From contig JBHGNT010000004.1 of NCBI GenBank assembly GCA_043228905.1, positions 19,654,001-19,718,000 of the forward strand: a stretch of DNA of 64,000 nt, given 5' to 3'. The DNA comes from Azolla caroliniana (taxonomy: Eukaryota > Plantae > Polypodiophyta). Made by a program: the position numbers and the translations under genes. This document shows positions 46,260 through 59,838 of the stretch, one piece after another. Every line of letters starts with the position of its first letter. Position 1 is the stretch's first letter. The notes beneath the pieces were generated by a model. The model saw only the letters and a program-made list of their open reading frames with translations, was not told the DNA's origin and searched no databases.

Positions 46260-49200
46260 TATTAGAGACATAGACTAATGTAAGCATGAGATAAGGATAG
46301 AAAATAGATAAATAGATAGAAAGGAGAGAGAGAAAGAAGGGTGTCGATCCACCCGACCACCCCCGAGCGAAGGGATCGAGATGGACTTGAGCCTCGATTA
46401 GCGTCCCATACCACCACCGTGGCGTCGAGTCGTACCTAGTGCTGGCGCGCTCGCTACAAGAGTTGACCCATCACAAGACAGAGTCTCGACGTAGTCAACC
46501 AGCTCCTGAAATGAGGGTAGCTAGGCCTCTATTTATAGCGATACCCAAGGCCCCCAGCCATTTTCACACTTGGCCTAATGGGTTGTCTCAATCCCGAGGA
46601 TTAAAAGTAATCCTCCCCTTCTTTACACTCTCGTTTTAAACCTCACACTTATCCACGTGTATAGAATACTACGGTAAATTCTCATCACAGGATATTATAT
46701 GGTCATGCCTGTAACATACTCCCCCTCTTTAAAACATTGCACTCTTGCAATGGAAAGTTAGGGAAGTTACTTCTAAGAATATTTTCGCATTCCCATGTGG
46801 CATCTTTTATTGATTTATCCATCCATTTTATTTTAAATTCTCAGATTTCTTTAGTACGTAATTTTTTGGTTTTAACATTGAGAATTCTTTCTGGTACATG
46901 TGGTTTAGAAGATAAATCTTCAAAAGTAACCAGAGTTTCAGTTGTAACTGTATTGTCGCCAGAATCTAGAAGTTCTTTTAGACGACTCACATGAAAGACT
47001 AGATGAATTCCAACACCATCAGGAAGAGCGAGACGATAGGCTGATGACCCAATGCATTTGAGGACTGTAAAAGGTCCACAAAACCATGGGGCTAACTTAG
47101 CACACTTACCCGTAGACAATGTCTTAGAATTGTGAGGTACACATAAAAATACCTTCTGTCCAGGGTTGAATACACGAGGTTGCCTATGATGATCGGCATA
47201 AAAACGCGCTCTATCTTGAGCTGTTTTTATATTATCTCGTGCAATATGCAACATATCTTGCATATCCTAAATAAATTTTTGCGTACTTCGCAACTCATCA
47301 TGATGTATATTAACATCAATCGGGGCTCGTGGCTGAAAACCATACATCAACATAAAAGGACTATATCTCGTCGACGTATGCTTGGAGTTGTTATCAGCAA
47401 ACTCCAAAATTGGGAGATAATGTTCCCATTTTGTTGGTTTTGCACCAACATATGCTCGAAGCATGTCCTCAATAATTTGATTTACTCGTTCTGTTTGTCC
47501 ATCGGATTGAGGATGATCCGTGGAACTCATGCTCAACGTAGTTTCTAACTTCTTAAAGACTTGCGTCCAGAAGTCACTAGTAAAGTTTGGATCTCTATCA
47601 CTCACGATATCCATCGGTAGCCCATAAAAACGAAATAACTCGTCAACGAATTGGTAAGCCAATTCAAGAGTTATTACCGTGGTTTTAGTAGCAATAAATC
47701 TGGCCATTTTAGTTAGTCGATCAACCACAACCCAGATGGCATAATGGCCTTTTTGGGTGGGAGGAAGGCTTTAACAATAAAATCCATGGATATACTTTCC
47801 CACTTATTATTGGGAATGTCCAAGGGATGTAAAAGTCTTGTGGCTTTAAGTCACTCAGCTTTGTTAACCTAACATTGGTGACATTTAGTCACATAGCTAT
47901 GTATGTCAAGACGCATCTTAGGCCAATAAAATTGAGTGGAGATGAGAAAGAGTGTACGATGTATTCCAGGGTGCCTTGCTGAGGGTGCATCATGGCATTA
48001 AAAAAGAATCCTCTTTTTGACCTCGGGTAAATCTGGAACACAAACCTTCCCATTACGATAGAGCAGACTGTTAGCAATGTGGAAGTATTCCTTCGAGGAT
48101 GTGGTGGTGTCTGTTCCAGACTCAACTCTTGCCCAGTATTTTGCGAAATAACTATCATCAGGATACTTCCCTCGAAGGTGATCATAAAGATCTGATGATT
48201 TTTCAATGAAGCTAAGCATGTTAACTTCACGGATACGACGTAGTGCATCAGCGACAATGTTCATGGAACCTTTATGATATCATATGGAAAAATCAAAGTC
48301 CTGGATGAGATCAGCCCATCGTGCCTTACGACCTTTCAGGTCTTGTTGGTCACAAAAATATTTCAAGGACTCGTGGTCCATAGTTACCACAAAGCGATTT
48401 CCATAAAGATAATGGTGTCATGTTTTGAGTGCATGTATAACTGCAAATAATTCCTTTTCTTGAACGGTATACCGACATTGAGCAAAATCAAGTTTCTTAC
48501 TCTCGAATGCTATTGGTTTACCATCTTGATATAAGACAGCACCTATAGCATAATCGCTTGCATCGGTTTCAACCTCAAAAGGTTTTGAAGGATCGGGTAA
48601 AAGAAGTGAAGGAGCCTTGCATACCAGGTCCTTGAGTTCCTTAAAGGCGAGGTCTAGTGTAGCATTCCAGATGATAGGTTTTGTAGACTTGCGCGTTTGA
48701 CCTTTTAAAAGATAAGTAAACGGCGTCGTCAATTGGGAGTAATTACGAAGGGATTTTAACAAAAACCCGACAAAACCAAGGAATGATCGAACTTCTCGAA
48801 TATTCCGAAGAGTCGGCCAAAGCTTGATTTTCTCAATGCGAGAAGGATCAATTTTAACTCCTCGTTTGGTTATTGAGATGTCCAAGATAAGTAATTGATT
48901 TCTTGAAGAAATCACATTTTGAGATCTTCGCATAAAACTGTTTGTCACGCAATGTTTGTAAAACAAAGCGGACATGTTTATCATGTTCTTGTAATGTACG
49001 GCTATAAACTAAAATATCATCCAAGAAAATAACGACAAATTTTCCAAGTTGTTCTCGGAAAATGTCATTTATTTCTTGTTGAAATGTAGCCGGAGCATTG
49101 GTCAAACCAAAAGGCATAACCAGAAACTCATAATGGCCATAGCGCGTACGAAATGTCGTTTCTGGAACATCGTCCTCACTTATACGAATTTGATGGTAGC

Positions 49201-52200
49201 CAGTACGGAGATCAAGTTTCGTAAAATACCGAGCTCCCTGGAGACGTTCAATTAGATCATCAGCCTGGGGCAATGGATACGAATTCTTGATCGTCACTTT
49301 ATTCAAGCGTCGGTAATTAATACACATATGCCATGTGCCCTCTTTCTTTTTAGCCAAGAGAACGGGTGCACCCCATGGAGATTTACTATAACGTATATAA
49401 CCCATTCATAAATAGTCCTTGAGTTGCTTAGATACCTCATCCTCTTCAGATAGACTTAAGCGATAAGCAGGTATACTTATTGGTGCAACACCAGGTACAA
49501 TATCTATACAATGGTCTATATTACGTTTAGGAGGTAAGCCATATGGTAGTTCACTCGGAAAAACATCACGAAAATCATTTAAGATTTCATCAAGTTGTTG
49601 TTCAAAATATGTTAATTGAACCGAGACATTATTGATATTGTAAACGTGAATATCCAGATCAAGTACACAATAAAATAGAGTAGAACAAGACAACTCGGAT
49701 ATTGATGGAGAGGAAACAATCGAGAGGGATTGTTTTTTCACATTGAATAAAATGAGTACAATCGTTCAGTACAAATGTTATTGAATGATGAACCCAATCA
49801 ATAAATAAAGAAGAGTTTGTATTATAAAACCAGGGATAACCCAGTATTACATCAATGGTACAAAGATCCATTACATGGAAGTCTACTTCCTCTATATAAG
49901 TATCAATAGAAATTCCTAATGAATGAATCGCCCCATTGATGTATTGTACTCTTCCATCAGCCAAGTGCACCGTATAGGTGTGATCACTTACGGTGGGTTG
50001 GATTCCCCATATCTGAACCAAACGATCATTGACAAAGTTGTGTGAGCTTCCCGAATCAAATAGAAATTGTACGGGAGATCCATTGATATACCTATTTGCA
50101 CGTAGTAAATCATTGGGACCCAATACATAGTGAGGGAAAGAACATTGACAATTACTTAAATGATGTGTATAGACCTGAAGGACATTAGGAATCTGACCTT
50201 TCTGGTCTGCAGCTTTAGCTTTGTTGTTGTGCTATTTCCGTTGGAGCTTTCGACATTGTTCTTTTGTATGACCCTTCTTTTTACAGAATACGCAAAAAGG
50301 ATGTTGTCACTTACAATCGCGATCCATGAATTCATTGGGTGTCTTGCATTTCCCAGCGAATTGCGACTGCTTAGTCTCGGGCGCTTCATTGGGTTTGTTA
50401 TTGTCCTTCTTCGATGTGCGTTGATAGCGAAGAACTATTTCAACGGCCTCTTCGAAGGATTTTGAATCCTTATCATGCACTATCCAATGATAGTCTGAAT
50501 TGGGGATGCCATTGACAAAACAAGCTATTAACCAATTGTCCCCTTCTAGACCCGATTTTTGGATTTGGGTTCTAGCATGGTGGACATAGTCTTCTAGTGA
50601 GGAAAACTTCCTACTTGAGAGGTTCATTAAAGCTTGTGCTGCCTCGATTCGAGAGGGAGGTTGCAGAAATTAGCCCTTGAAAACTGTGACAAAATCTGTC
50701 CAGGTATCGGGCAATTTCCCCGAAGTACGAAGCCCACGCCACCAGGCGGCGGCCTTACCCCCTAGTTCTCGGCCGACATATGCAATCTTCGTACTATCTA
50801 GCGTGGGATAGAGCTCAAAATGAGACTCCCATCGGCCCAGCCACATGCAGATTGCTTCTTCGGTTCTTTCCTTTCTTTCTCCCGTAAATGGGTTAACGAC
50901 AAACGATGGTTCACCCTGTCACTCATCAGGTCTATTAGTCTCATTTTGTAGACTAATGACACGTGCCTCAAGAGCACTTTGAGATTGCCAAAGTTCGGTC
51001 ATATGTTGAGCGATGAAACTAAGGTATTGGGTTATTTGCGAAAAATACATCTCAGTGGACATTTGTCTAGGAGGATTCCCTTGAGTTCCTTCCGCTTGAG
51101 CGGATGAAATCGGGTCGTTATTTTGAGCCATTAAATGATCATTATTTCTAGAAAAGAAATAGGATAAGGTTAGAAAGATAGTCATAACATCATGTCGTGA
51201 TGTAAACATATCATGGGTGAACATTAATCGATATCATTATCTCACGTCAATACCCCTCTAGACGTATGAGATGAGGTTCAAGATCAGGTTACTATGGTAA
51301 CACAAAGGTGTTTTAAAAACCATGGGGGTGACAAATAAATGTCTTTCCCTTATCTCTATATCGATTTTTTTTCATGGTGGCTCCCCGAGGCTCAACCATG
51401 TATGTTCGCGTCATGAATAGTTTATACACGAAAAAAAATGTTAACAATAAACTATGTTTCTGTGCCCACATATGTGGTTTCGGCTCTTTAAGTCCTATTA
51501 CAAGGACCCCGAAGCACACTTAGAACTCACGTCTAAATATGTGTTATATATAATAGTCATATGTATCAACAATGTTGTATGGTCTGGGTCATATTTGAAC
51601 TCGAGACCTCTAGAACAAATGCATTAAACACTTGAGCCAACCAAGTAAGTTGCTCTTCTTGAATCTTTAATGTTTCATGCATATAAGAGATATGCGAGGC
51701 ATTTGCCCATATATGTTTTTTTAAAAGAAACATATATGTCAAGAGTCCTTATTTCGCCCTCATTTACTACAACTATGTTGGTACGTTACCTAACCTCAAG
51801 TCTCGTAATTACGATGGCATACGCCAAAGTGCAACCTAATGGTCAAGCCAAATGAGCCCTCTTTTCATAGTAGGCCCACGTGGCCCATCACATGGTCACG
51901 TCATTACGAATGCCTCTCGTAAGAATGATCTCATGGTGGCATCGTATCCATGTAATGAGGGAGGGATGTTGGATACGTGTGTCATAGGAGCGACCTCACA
52001 TGAAGTGGGTCAAGCCCTACGTACTCAACATCATTATGACTATAAGCGTTTCTTTACGTAACGAAATATCGAAGTCACCAACAAGGATTTCAACAATAAA
52101 AAATTGTTGAAAACAGGGATGGTGACAATGCTATTCTCACAAAAATGTGAGGACGGCCACCAAGATCCTTTCCCCGAAAAGGAAAACATTTGATTTAAAA

Positions 52201-53278
52201 TCACGTAATAACTTATATACACATGTATATTATCACATATATACGATCAACTACATATACACGTGACCACATATGCCTATATTAAACAAATCATTATATT
52301 TAATAGCCAAAAATGACGTAATCGAGGCATATACCTCTACGCACACGAGACATCCAAAAATAAGGGTTAATCGTAATACGCAATTGAGGTATTGACCTCT
52401 TACGCATACGAGACCAAACGCATATCATTTACAATGAATCGAGGTATTGACCTCATACGCAAACGTAACATATGTTTGTGAATGTAATACACAATTGAGG
52501 TATTAACCTCGTGCACATACGACACTCATCACATATTCAACATATGTCAAATGAGGTATTGACCTCGTGCACATATGTAAACGTTTTATATAACCAATTA
52601 ATTACCACTACAACATCATTGAATCTATAAAAAAAATTACATATTAACCATACACATGATTAAATTGGGAGAAGAAAGAATAGAAAAAACAAGGAAGATT
52701 ACCGAAGTTCTTTTGTTGATCGTTGTCTGGATCAAGGCCAACCGCACATCGATCGATCGCCATCAATCAAGAACACAAAACACAACAAAAGAAACATTAG
52801 AAAATGAGCTCGGATACCAACTATTAGAGACATAGACTAATGTAAGCATGAGATAAGGATAGAAAATAGATAAATAGATAGAGAGGAGAGAGAGAAAGAA
52901 GGGTGTCGATCCACCCAACCACCCCCGAGCGAAGGGATCGAGACGGACTCGAGCCTCGATCAGCGTCCCATACCACCGTCGTGGCATCGAGTCATACCTG
53001 GTGCTGGCGCGCTCGCTACAAGAGTTGACCCACCAAAAGACAGAGTCTCGATGTAGTCAACCAACTCCTGAAATGAGGGTAGTTAGGCCTCTATTTATAG
53101 CGATACCCAAGGCCCCCAGCCATGTTCACACTTGGCCTAATGGGTTGTCTCAATCCCGAGGATTAAAAGTAATCCTTTCCTTCTTTACACTCTCGTTTTA
53201 ACCCTCACACTTATCCACATGTATAGATTACTATGGTAAATTCTCATCACGGGATATTATATGGTCATGCCCATAACA
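46260..53278 (-). mobile_element. Full-length chromodomain-bearing Ty3/gypsy element (chromovirus), decayed ORFs
   Basis: 457-bp LTRs 46260-46716 and 52822-53278; TSD ATCAC; PBS TGGTATCCGAGC (52808-52819); PPT at 46718-46730. Domains: protease [34 protein letters not shown], RNase H ETDASDYAIG, integrase HPQSDGQTER, GPF, chromodomain PERIL..FKIKW..ATWE. Confidence 0.96.
52320..52575. repeat. ~56-bp degenerate tandem repeat with palindromic core GAGGTATTGACCTC in the chromovirus 5' leader
   Basis: Cores at about 52324, 52387, 52441, 52497 and 52553. Confidence 0.8.
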
Positions 53279-54559
53279 ATCACCGCTTATGTTGATCCGC
53301 TGCACCAATCATGGAATCAAGTACTCCCATTTGCGGTACATGCTTACAACACTTCAGTTCAAGTATCAATTAGGGTGAGTCCATTTCGAGCATTGTATGG
53401 TAGGGATCCAAGACTTCCCCTAGACCCACAGGTTGTGAAGATACACACCAATCATTGATGCAACGTCATGGTGGTTATACTTGCAATCCAACATTCCTCT
53501 CCTCCGACGGGCACTCCAATACAACCTTAATAAGGCACAACAACGTCAAAAGAAACATTTCCACGCCACACATCATCTAAGTGAATTCGAAATTTGGGAC
53601 CCAATTAGGGTTTATTACCCTATCCACCGTAAAGGACTTTGTGAATCTTTTATGCATTGATGGCTTAGTCCCTATCAGGTAACACACCACATCAAAACTA
53701 ACACCTATCGCCTACGACGAATGGATACATCATCACAAATAATTGCACACATTTCATGGATTAAAAAGATACTTGAATCAAGCACGCAGGTCCTTCCATC
53801 AATTGCAAGCAACGAAGCAACACAGTCCATGGTTTCCCCCAGTTCGGTGAACCACGCAGTCGCAACACAATAGGAGAAGACACATAGTTGCAATAGGAGA
53901 AAACGCACCTCCCCCAGTTCGGTGAACCACACAGTCTGCAACGCAATAGTAGATGTTCAAACACTCTGATTTACATTTTGGGAAAAGGGGAAAGTCAAAA
54001 AGCTCCTTTTTTATCTCTAAGAGTCTCGCCTATTTGGGCTATCTGGTGGGAAAAGCCTAAAACATTGGCTTTCATTTTCTCAAAGGGGGAGGTGTCATGT
54101 ATCGAGACCGAACCATGCTGGTTCGGTCCCAAGTCGAACCAATACACATCAAGAAAGTGTCATAAACGTAACTGAATGACATGAATGTATAAATAAGGTT
54201 AATGGTTAATGGAAAAAGGAGATAAATTTGGGTTCCAACGTGTACATTACAATACTATTCAGTGTTTATCATAACATGAAGAAGGCAAATAGATTGATCT
54301 AACATTAAACATAACATGAGATAATCTTTTGTTATATAAGTTTCAACTCTATAAAAACATTATGATGTTGCAATGTCTTTTGTTGCATTTTCTTAAAAGT
54401 GGTTTGGTTTGGATTGGTTTCAAGGCCAAAAAACCAAACCGAACCGAGCCCATCGCTAGCAAGCACCAAGGCAATGGTATAGAAAATTCAACGATTTTAT
54501 ACAATCGATTGGATTTTCTCAGAGTGATGGGAACCATTTCCTCTATTCAAAGAATGCCC

Positions 54560-55990
54560 TAGATGGGTCGCCCATCTTCCTCATCCTCTACGTGGATGAT
54601 ATGTTGCTCTCCGACCGAAATGCTGAAGAGCTTGCCAAACTTGTTCAGCAACTACGGTTGAAGTTTGCTATGAAGGACTTGGGTCCTACAAGACATATTC
54701 ATGAAATGAAGATCAGTTGGCATCGCGATCAAAGATTGTTGTTCCTGTCTCACGCAGACTACATCCGAAGAATCCTAGAGCGATTCAACATGTAGTTGGC
54801 TTGATCTTTTTTGACCCCGCTACTTGCTAACCTTCGGTTTTGTCATAGAAACTGCCCGACATCCAGTCCAGAGGAGGATCACATGAAGTCAGTATCGTAC
54901 GCACCGACTTTTGGCTCCTTCATGTATGATATGGTTGCGACATGACCAGACATATCGCATATGGTAGGAGTCATAAACATATTCATGCACAATCCCGGAC
55001 GACCACACTAGAACGTAGTGAAGCATATCTTCAGACTTCGACATCCACTTCGGATCGAACGAAACTTTGGGCTTAGTGTTACTCATGGGCTGGACTAGCC
55101 GCTAACACAGGGTGTCCTTCCGGATCATTTCACCAAAGGGGTGATTATGGGGTAAGGATCCGACTCCAATTTGATCGTAATCGGCACCTTCCGGATCGAT
55201 TCCAAATAGACAATCACATATGGTTGATTACACGCGTAAGATAAAGACAATAAGCACAACACGGAATTGACAGATACACAATAGTAACAAAACTCTCTTA
55301 TATTAATTCCGCTCTCAGATACATCGTTCTTTAGATCCTTCTATAGGTATCCGGTTCTATTTACAAAACGGTGCCAAACCGGCAACCAGCTACGAACCGG
55401 TTCGGGTCCGGATCGGTACATCCTTTCCGGATCCGCTCGTTCCTATTATCATTAAATACTAAGTTTTAATAATTACGAAACCGGCCCTCCCCCTAACTAC
55501 TTTTCATACTCTAGCCATCGGCCAACACTTAGTCAACTATACTGACTCGAACTTTGCCGGTTGTCTGGACAGCCGAAAGTCAACATTTGAATATCTTTTC
55601 GAATTCGGGCATGGAGCTACTCATGGAGGTAGAAACTTCTAGAGCATATGGCTACCTCGACAACTAAAGCTGAATATGTAGTTGCGTCCAACACGGCTAA
55701 AGAAACACTATGGCTCGGTCAACTGGCCTACATGTTTTGGCTAGCCGACCCGAATTCGGCATCGATCATCTTTAGCGATAACCAGGGAGTTGTTGCATTG
55801 GCGAAGAATTTGGTTCATCATAATGCCTTGAAGCATATCGAAGTTCAATATCGTTTCGTTTGGGATTGCGTGACCAAGGGAAATCTTGGCTTGGAGAAGG
55901 CTTCTACAACCGACAATGTTGCGGACAGGATGATGAAGTGTCTTTCACCGACCAGTTTTGGTCGATTCGGCAACTAATGGGTGTGGAGAT
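54560..55990 (+). mobile_element. Decayed copia RT/RNase H fragment
   Basis: FLILYVDDMLL..FAMKDLG; STTKAEYV..DNQGVVALAKNLVHH..KHIEVQY. Confidence 0.85.
55077..55527. mobile_element. Solo LTR (451 bp) inserted in the copia fragment
   Basis: TGTT...AACA termini; 5-bp TSD CTTAG (55072-55076, 55528-55532). Confidence 0.88.
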
Positions 55991-56143
55991 GATTTTGGCT
56001 TGGCCAATTTGGGAGCAGACAAGAGTACAACAGACTTCAACCCAACTACAATAAAAGTTGTAGTATATAATCATTTTGTTGTATCTGTATCTTGTCTCTT
56101 TTATTCTTACAAATTCTTTTGTAATACACCCATTACAGATGAG

Positions 56144-56324
56144 TGTCAAATACGGTAACATAATGGATGTATTCACATTAACCCATTGGACAAACTAGAT
56201 TAGGTTATTTTTGTAAATAGCATAAAGGGCATTTGACCTAGTTCGGTTAGTATATAACCGACTTTGTAACTAGTTTGTCCAATGGGGTAATGTGAATACG
56301 TCCATTATGTTACCGTATTCGACA
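56144..56324. repeat. 181-bp hairpin / MITE-like inverted repeat
   Basis: ~55-bp arms TGTCAAATACGGTAACATAATGGATGTATTCACATTAACCCATTGGACAAACTAG and its reverse complement, with about 3 mismatches. Confidence 0.85.
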
Positions 56325-57740
56325 AGATGTAAATTACATCATAACAAATGTCTATCACCAAGTGACTAAATCCATAAGGACGGTTGACTTAACAAAAAAC
56401 CATAAGAAATTTGGTTGGCCGATCTTGTAACCATGAAGGGGAGGTAGAACTTAACGTCCTACCGAACTTATGGTTGACTATCATCCCCTAAAGTCATTAG
56501 TTGGAAACATCCATAATTCGTAATGTTATGTCAAATGAAACCAATTTAGGGCTATCCCATATTCACCAACAATTATGGATAATGATGTTAACTCTCATTA
56601 TTGTATCTAGTATTACTAGAATGTTCATGTTATTCATTATTTCCAGGGGAGTTAATCTAGTGTAATTACCTTGAAACTTGGCTCTTAAGGCATCTACTAG
56701 GTATGTTGATCTTCAAACATTTCGTTATGGACCCCATTACTTTAATTTGCGGTGTTGTCGGCATAGGTTCTTTCCATTCTTGTTCAATCTTAGAGATTAA
56801 TAGTCATTGTAAAAATCGTATGGCCCCGTAAATGCCAATCAACCAAGGTTGCTATTCAATTTTTTACAAGTAAGTATTGCTTGAATCAATGTTATGCTTT
56901 GTAGTTACAGTCAATTAAACTAATTATTGAGTGACTCTAATAATTGTAGTACCTTAACAAAGTCTAAAAATCTCCTAGATCGACCCTCAATTACATCTGC
57001 CATCTCTTTACCCCTAAATGAAACAAAGTCATGTTTAAATTGGGAGTGAAGTCTCTCCTTTTCATGAAATCATAATCATCAAGAAAACACAAGTGATTCC
57101 TTTTTCAATGAATTACAATGTTATGTCTCTTTCCCTTGGCTCGGTAGTTTCCACCACAACATCAAAGCTATGAAATTGAGAGAACCAAGGTTTGATCCTT
57201 GCCATGGGCTAGGCCATGTCTTATAGATCAAAATTATTCTCCCATGGACATTAAAATTATTTCTCTCTCGAACTTGCATACTTCTTTCTCTTTTTTCTCC
57301 TCTCACTTAGAAACTCACTCGCTCCTTTATCTTGTTTCTCATTCCTCTTCTTCTTCTCTCACTCTAATATTTTTATTGCTATACTCTATTGAGGTAAGTA
57401 CTTTTGGTCACTCTTTCCATTCATTAACCTCATAGGATATATTTTTGGAAATAGAGTAAATGTATGGCATCATGCATTGTAATTCTTATGTATGTCATAT
57501 GAATAAGACTAGTCACAATATGTAGATGCATCATTGAGAAGTTATATTCAAACATGTCAACATTATGTGCAAAAGACATTAGTTCGACTAAATGTAAAGT
57601 TCCCATACTTGTGTCTCTTTAATGCAACAAAATTATTAGGTCCATGTCATTATGACCCTGATGATGTTATAACTTATAAGGGATTCAAATGCAAAAAGAT
57701 GGTTGGAAATTTTGAGTTCTCATTTACAGCCAAATATTGT

Positions 57741-58022
57741 TGTCAATGTGTTCTCTCGAGATAAACTATGCAAAGGCTTCTCAAGTAAAACTCTATTATT
57801 TTATTGATATGTGGTGTTTGAATTGGGAAGGTTACACCATGCACAAAGCTTGGCATATATATATATTCCAAAAAATTCTACTTCCATTAGTTAAGAAAAA
57901 GTACATAGGATAATATACAACTCATATGTTACAAGCCACTTTGCAATGGCTACAAGAAAACATCATGTATAAATGAAGCAACAAAGCCTCATCACATAAT
58001 TACTCGACAAACTCCCCTCAAC
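57741..58022 (-). mobile_element. Possible short LTR with preceding PPT
   Basis: Minus strand TTGAGGGGAGTT then TGTCGA (58009) ... TTGACA (57741), with TATA and AATAAA inside. Confidence 0.4.
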
Positions 58023-58099
58023 ATGAGCCTCACACAACCCACATTCAGCAAAGACACCCTCCAATCTCTTCACAATTCAGCACCTACCTCTATGTTTGG

Positions 58100-59838
58100 T
58101 ACCCTAGGAGGAAACAACCACCTGAGTGGCTCATAAGTCCACTTTGCATTGCCATCCACCATTTGTAGCATCAAAGAACCTCTCCATTTAAGAAGGAAGT
58201 GGTATCTAGCTTCTTCACTCGCATTAGAGGGCCCCTAAAGGCTGTCAACCTTTCCTTGTAACGTAGAAATCATATTAAACCAAATCATCATTAAATTCTT
58301 AGCCAATGGGGTTTGCTTCCCGATAAACGACACCTTGCACCTAGATACCCACACTTCCCAAACAGTAAGACCAACCACTAAAAACCAAATATCTACGTAC
58401 CATTCCTATATGTAGAATGAACCTCCTTGAGCTGCAGGTTGAACTGTTCCATTCACCAGCTTTAAAGAAGGACTATTTCCATTCCACCCATGAAACCATG
58501 CAACCGATGCAGTAGCTAACCAAACAACTGTTGCACTTGATACTTGAACTTCAACCCTGCATCAAGCCAGAATTCTTAAGCTCCTCGTCCAAACTTCTTG
58601 GGCTCGCAGGCAGCTCCATAAACAATGTGCTATGTCCTCCACACTTGCTCCACAGGCCTTGCAATTACTCATGCCATCCCTTTTCCCCAGCCACTCTCCG
58701 ATTGGAACAACCTAATGGGTGATTAACCAAAAAAACACCTTGACCCTCTCGGGGAGGGATGAGTTCCATATCCTAATCCTGGTTTTATCCACGAAGACCA
58801 AGTCGACAACTACATGGGTCCATTTGTTGACACACTTCTCACAATGCAAGCATAAATGTCTCCCCAAGCAAGTTGAGTGGTCAACAAAACCACATGATTT
58901 ACCTTGTTCATCCCCCCACATATATTCTGCAGGATCCCATTCTAAACACTCGAAGTGGCTTCCCTTCGACTACATACAAGATCCAATCTTTCTCAACCTC
59001 ATCGACTGATGGATTCACCTTCCATTTCTTACCGTCTCGTACCACAATTCTAATCGGGAACCAACGAGCACCTACAACTATTGATCCCAACTGGATGATC
59101 TTCCCATTCTTTCCTATACCCTTGGCATTGATAACTTTTCCGACATCATCACATTGTTTGAACCATTCACCCTCTTCCCCATTACTAATAGGAACAGAGT
59201 AAACAACTTTATCGACTAGGTCAAGCATCTTCCTACCATTTCTGAACTTTCCCACGTCTTCATATAGTTTATCCCGATTACTAGGGGACAACTGCATCCA
59301 ATTTGCCATTGACTGAATCCCAACACCATGTAATATAGCCCATAGCATACCCTTGCTTTCGCCAAACATCTTCCCCTCGGTCGACTTTAAAGTCTCGTTC
59401 CACAATAGGGGTTAGTGCATCCATTCAGCATTAGTACATGGACCTATACGACTAAGATGCCCACGGAGCATACCCCACGCCTTCATCACTGACATACATG
59501 TGCGATCAGCCAACCGATTAGATTTCCTAAGCTTTAAGTCCATACAAAATAGCCATGATTTATGTGGCTTCCAATGCCCACCTAGTCGTGGACTCCAAAG
59601 GATGCGCCTATTTAAAATCAACGTTTTCCATAACTCATTTCCGGGCAGCAAGCTCCTTACCAATACCTTACACAACAATGATTGACTTTGTACTCCAGGG
59701 TCGATCAATCCTAAACCCCCCTTACTTTTGGGAAGAATCAACGTAGACCATGATACTTTAGGTGTTGTGTTGTCTTTCCTATTCCCAGCCCATAGAAAGC
59801 CCCTGATACACGCTTTAACAATATGAATAGCATGCCTG
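58100..59838 (-). mobile_element. 5'-truncated L1-type LINE, ORF2 C-terminal part, decayed
   Basis: IRGFLWAG..PKVSWSTLILPKSKGGLGLID; IWNSSLPERVKVFFWLITH; HCLWSC (zf-RVT-like); ends WLFPP*. Confidence 0.85.

Larger units (their letters stand above)
46144..54300 (+). mobile_element. Older Ty3/gypsy remnant (integrase, 3' region, PPT, LTR start at 54093), split by the nested chromovirus
   Basis: LGIKQLFTSPYHPQTNGLIERMNKTIKQVIT (46144-46259) continues as AYVDPLHQSWNQVLPFAVHAYNTS..SPFRALYGRDP after 53283. PPT AAAGGGGGAGG then TGTCA at 54082-54097. Right boundary approximate. Confidence 0.8.

Noticed and set aside
57135-57210. Weak tRNA/SINE-like A and B boxes
   Set aside because: Poor match and no cloverleaf, tail or TSD.
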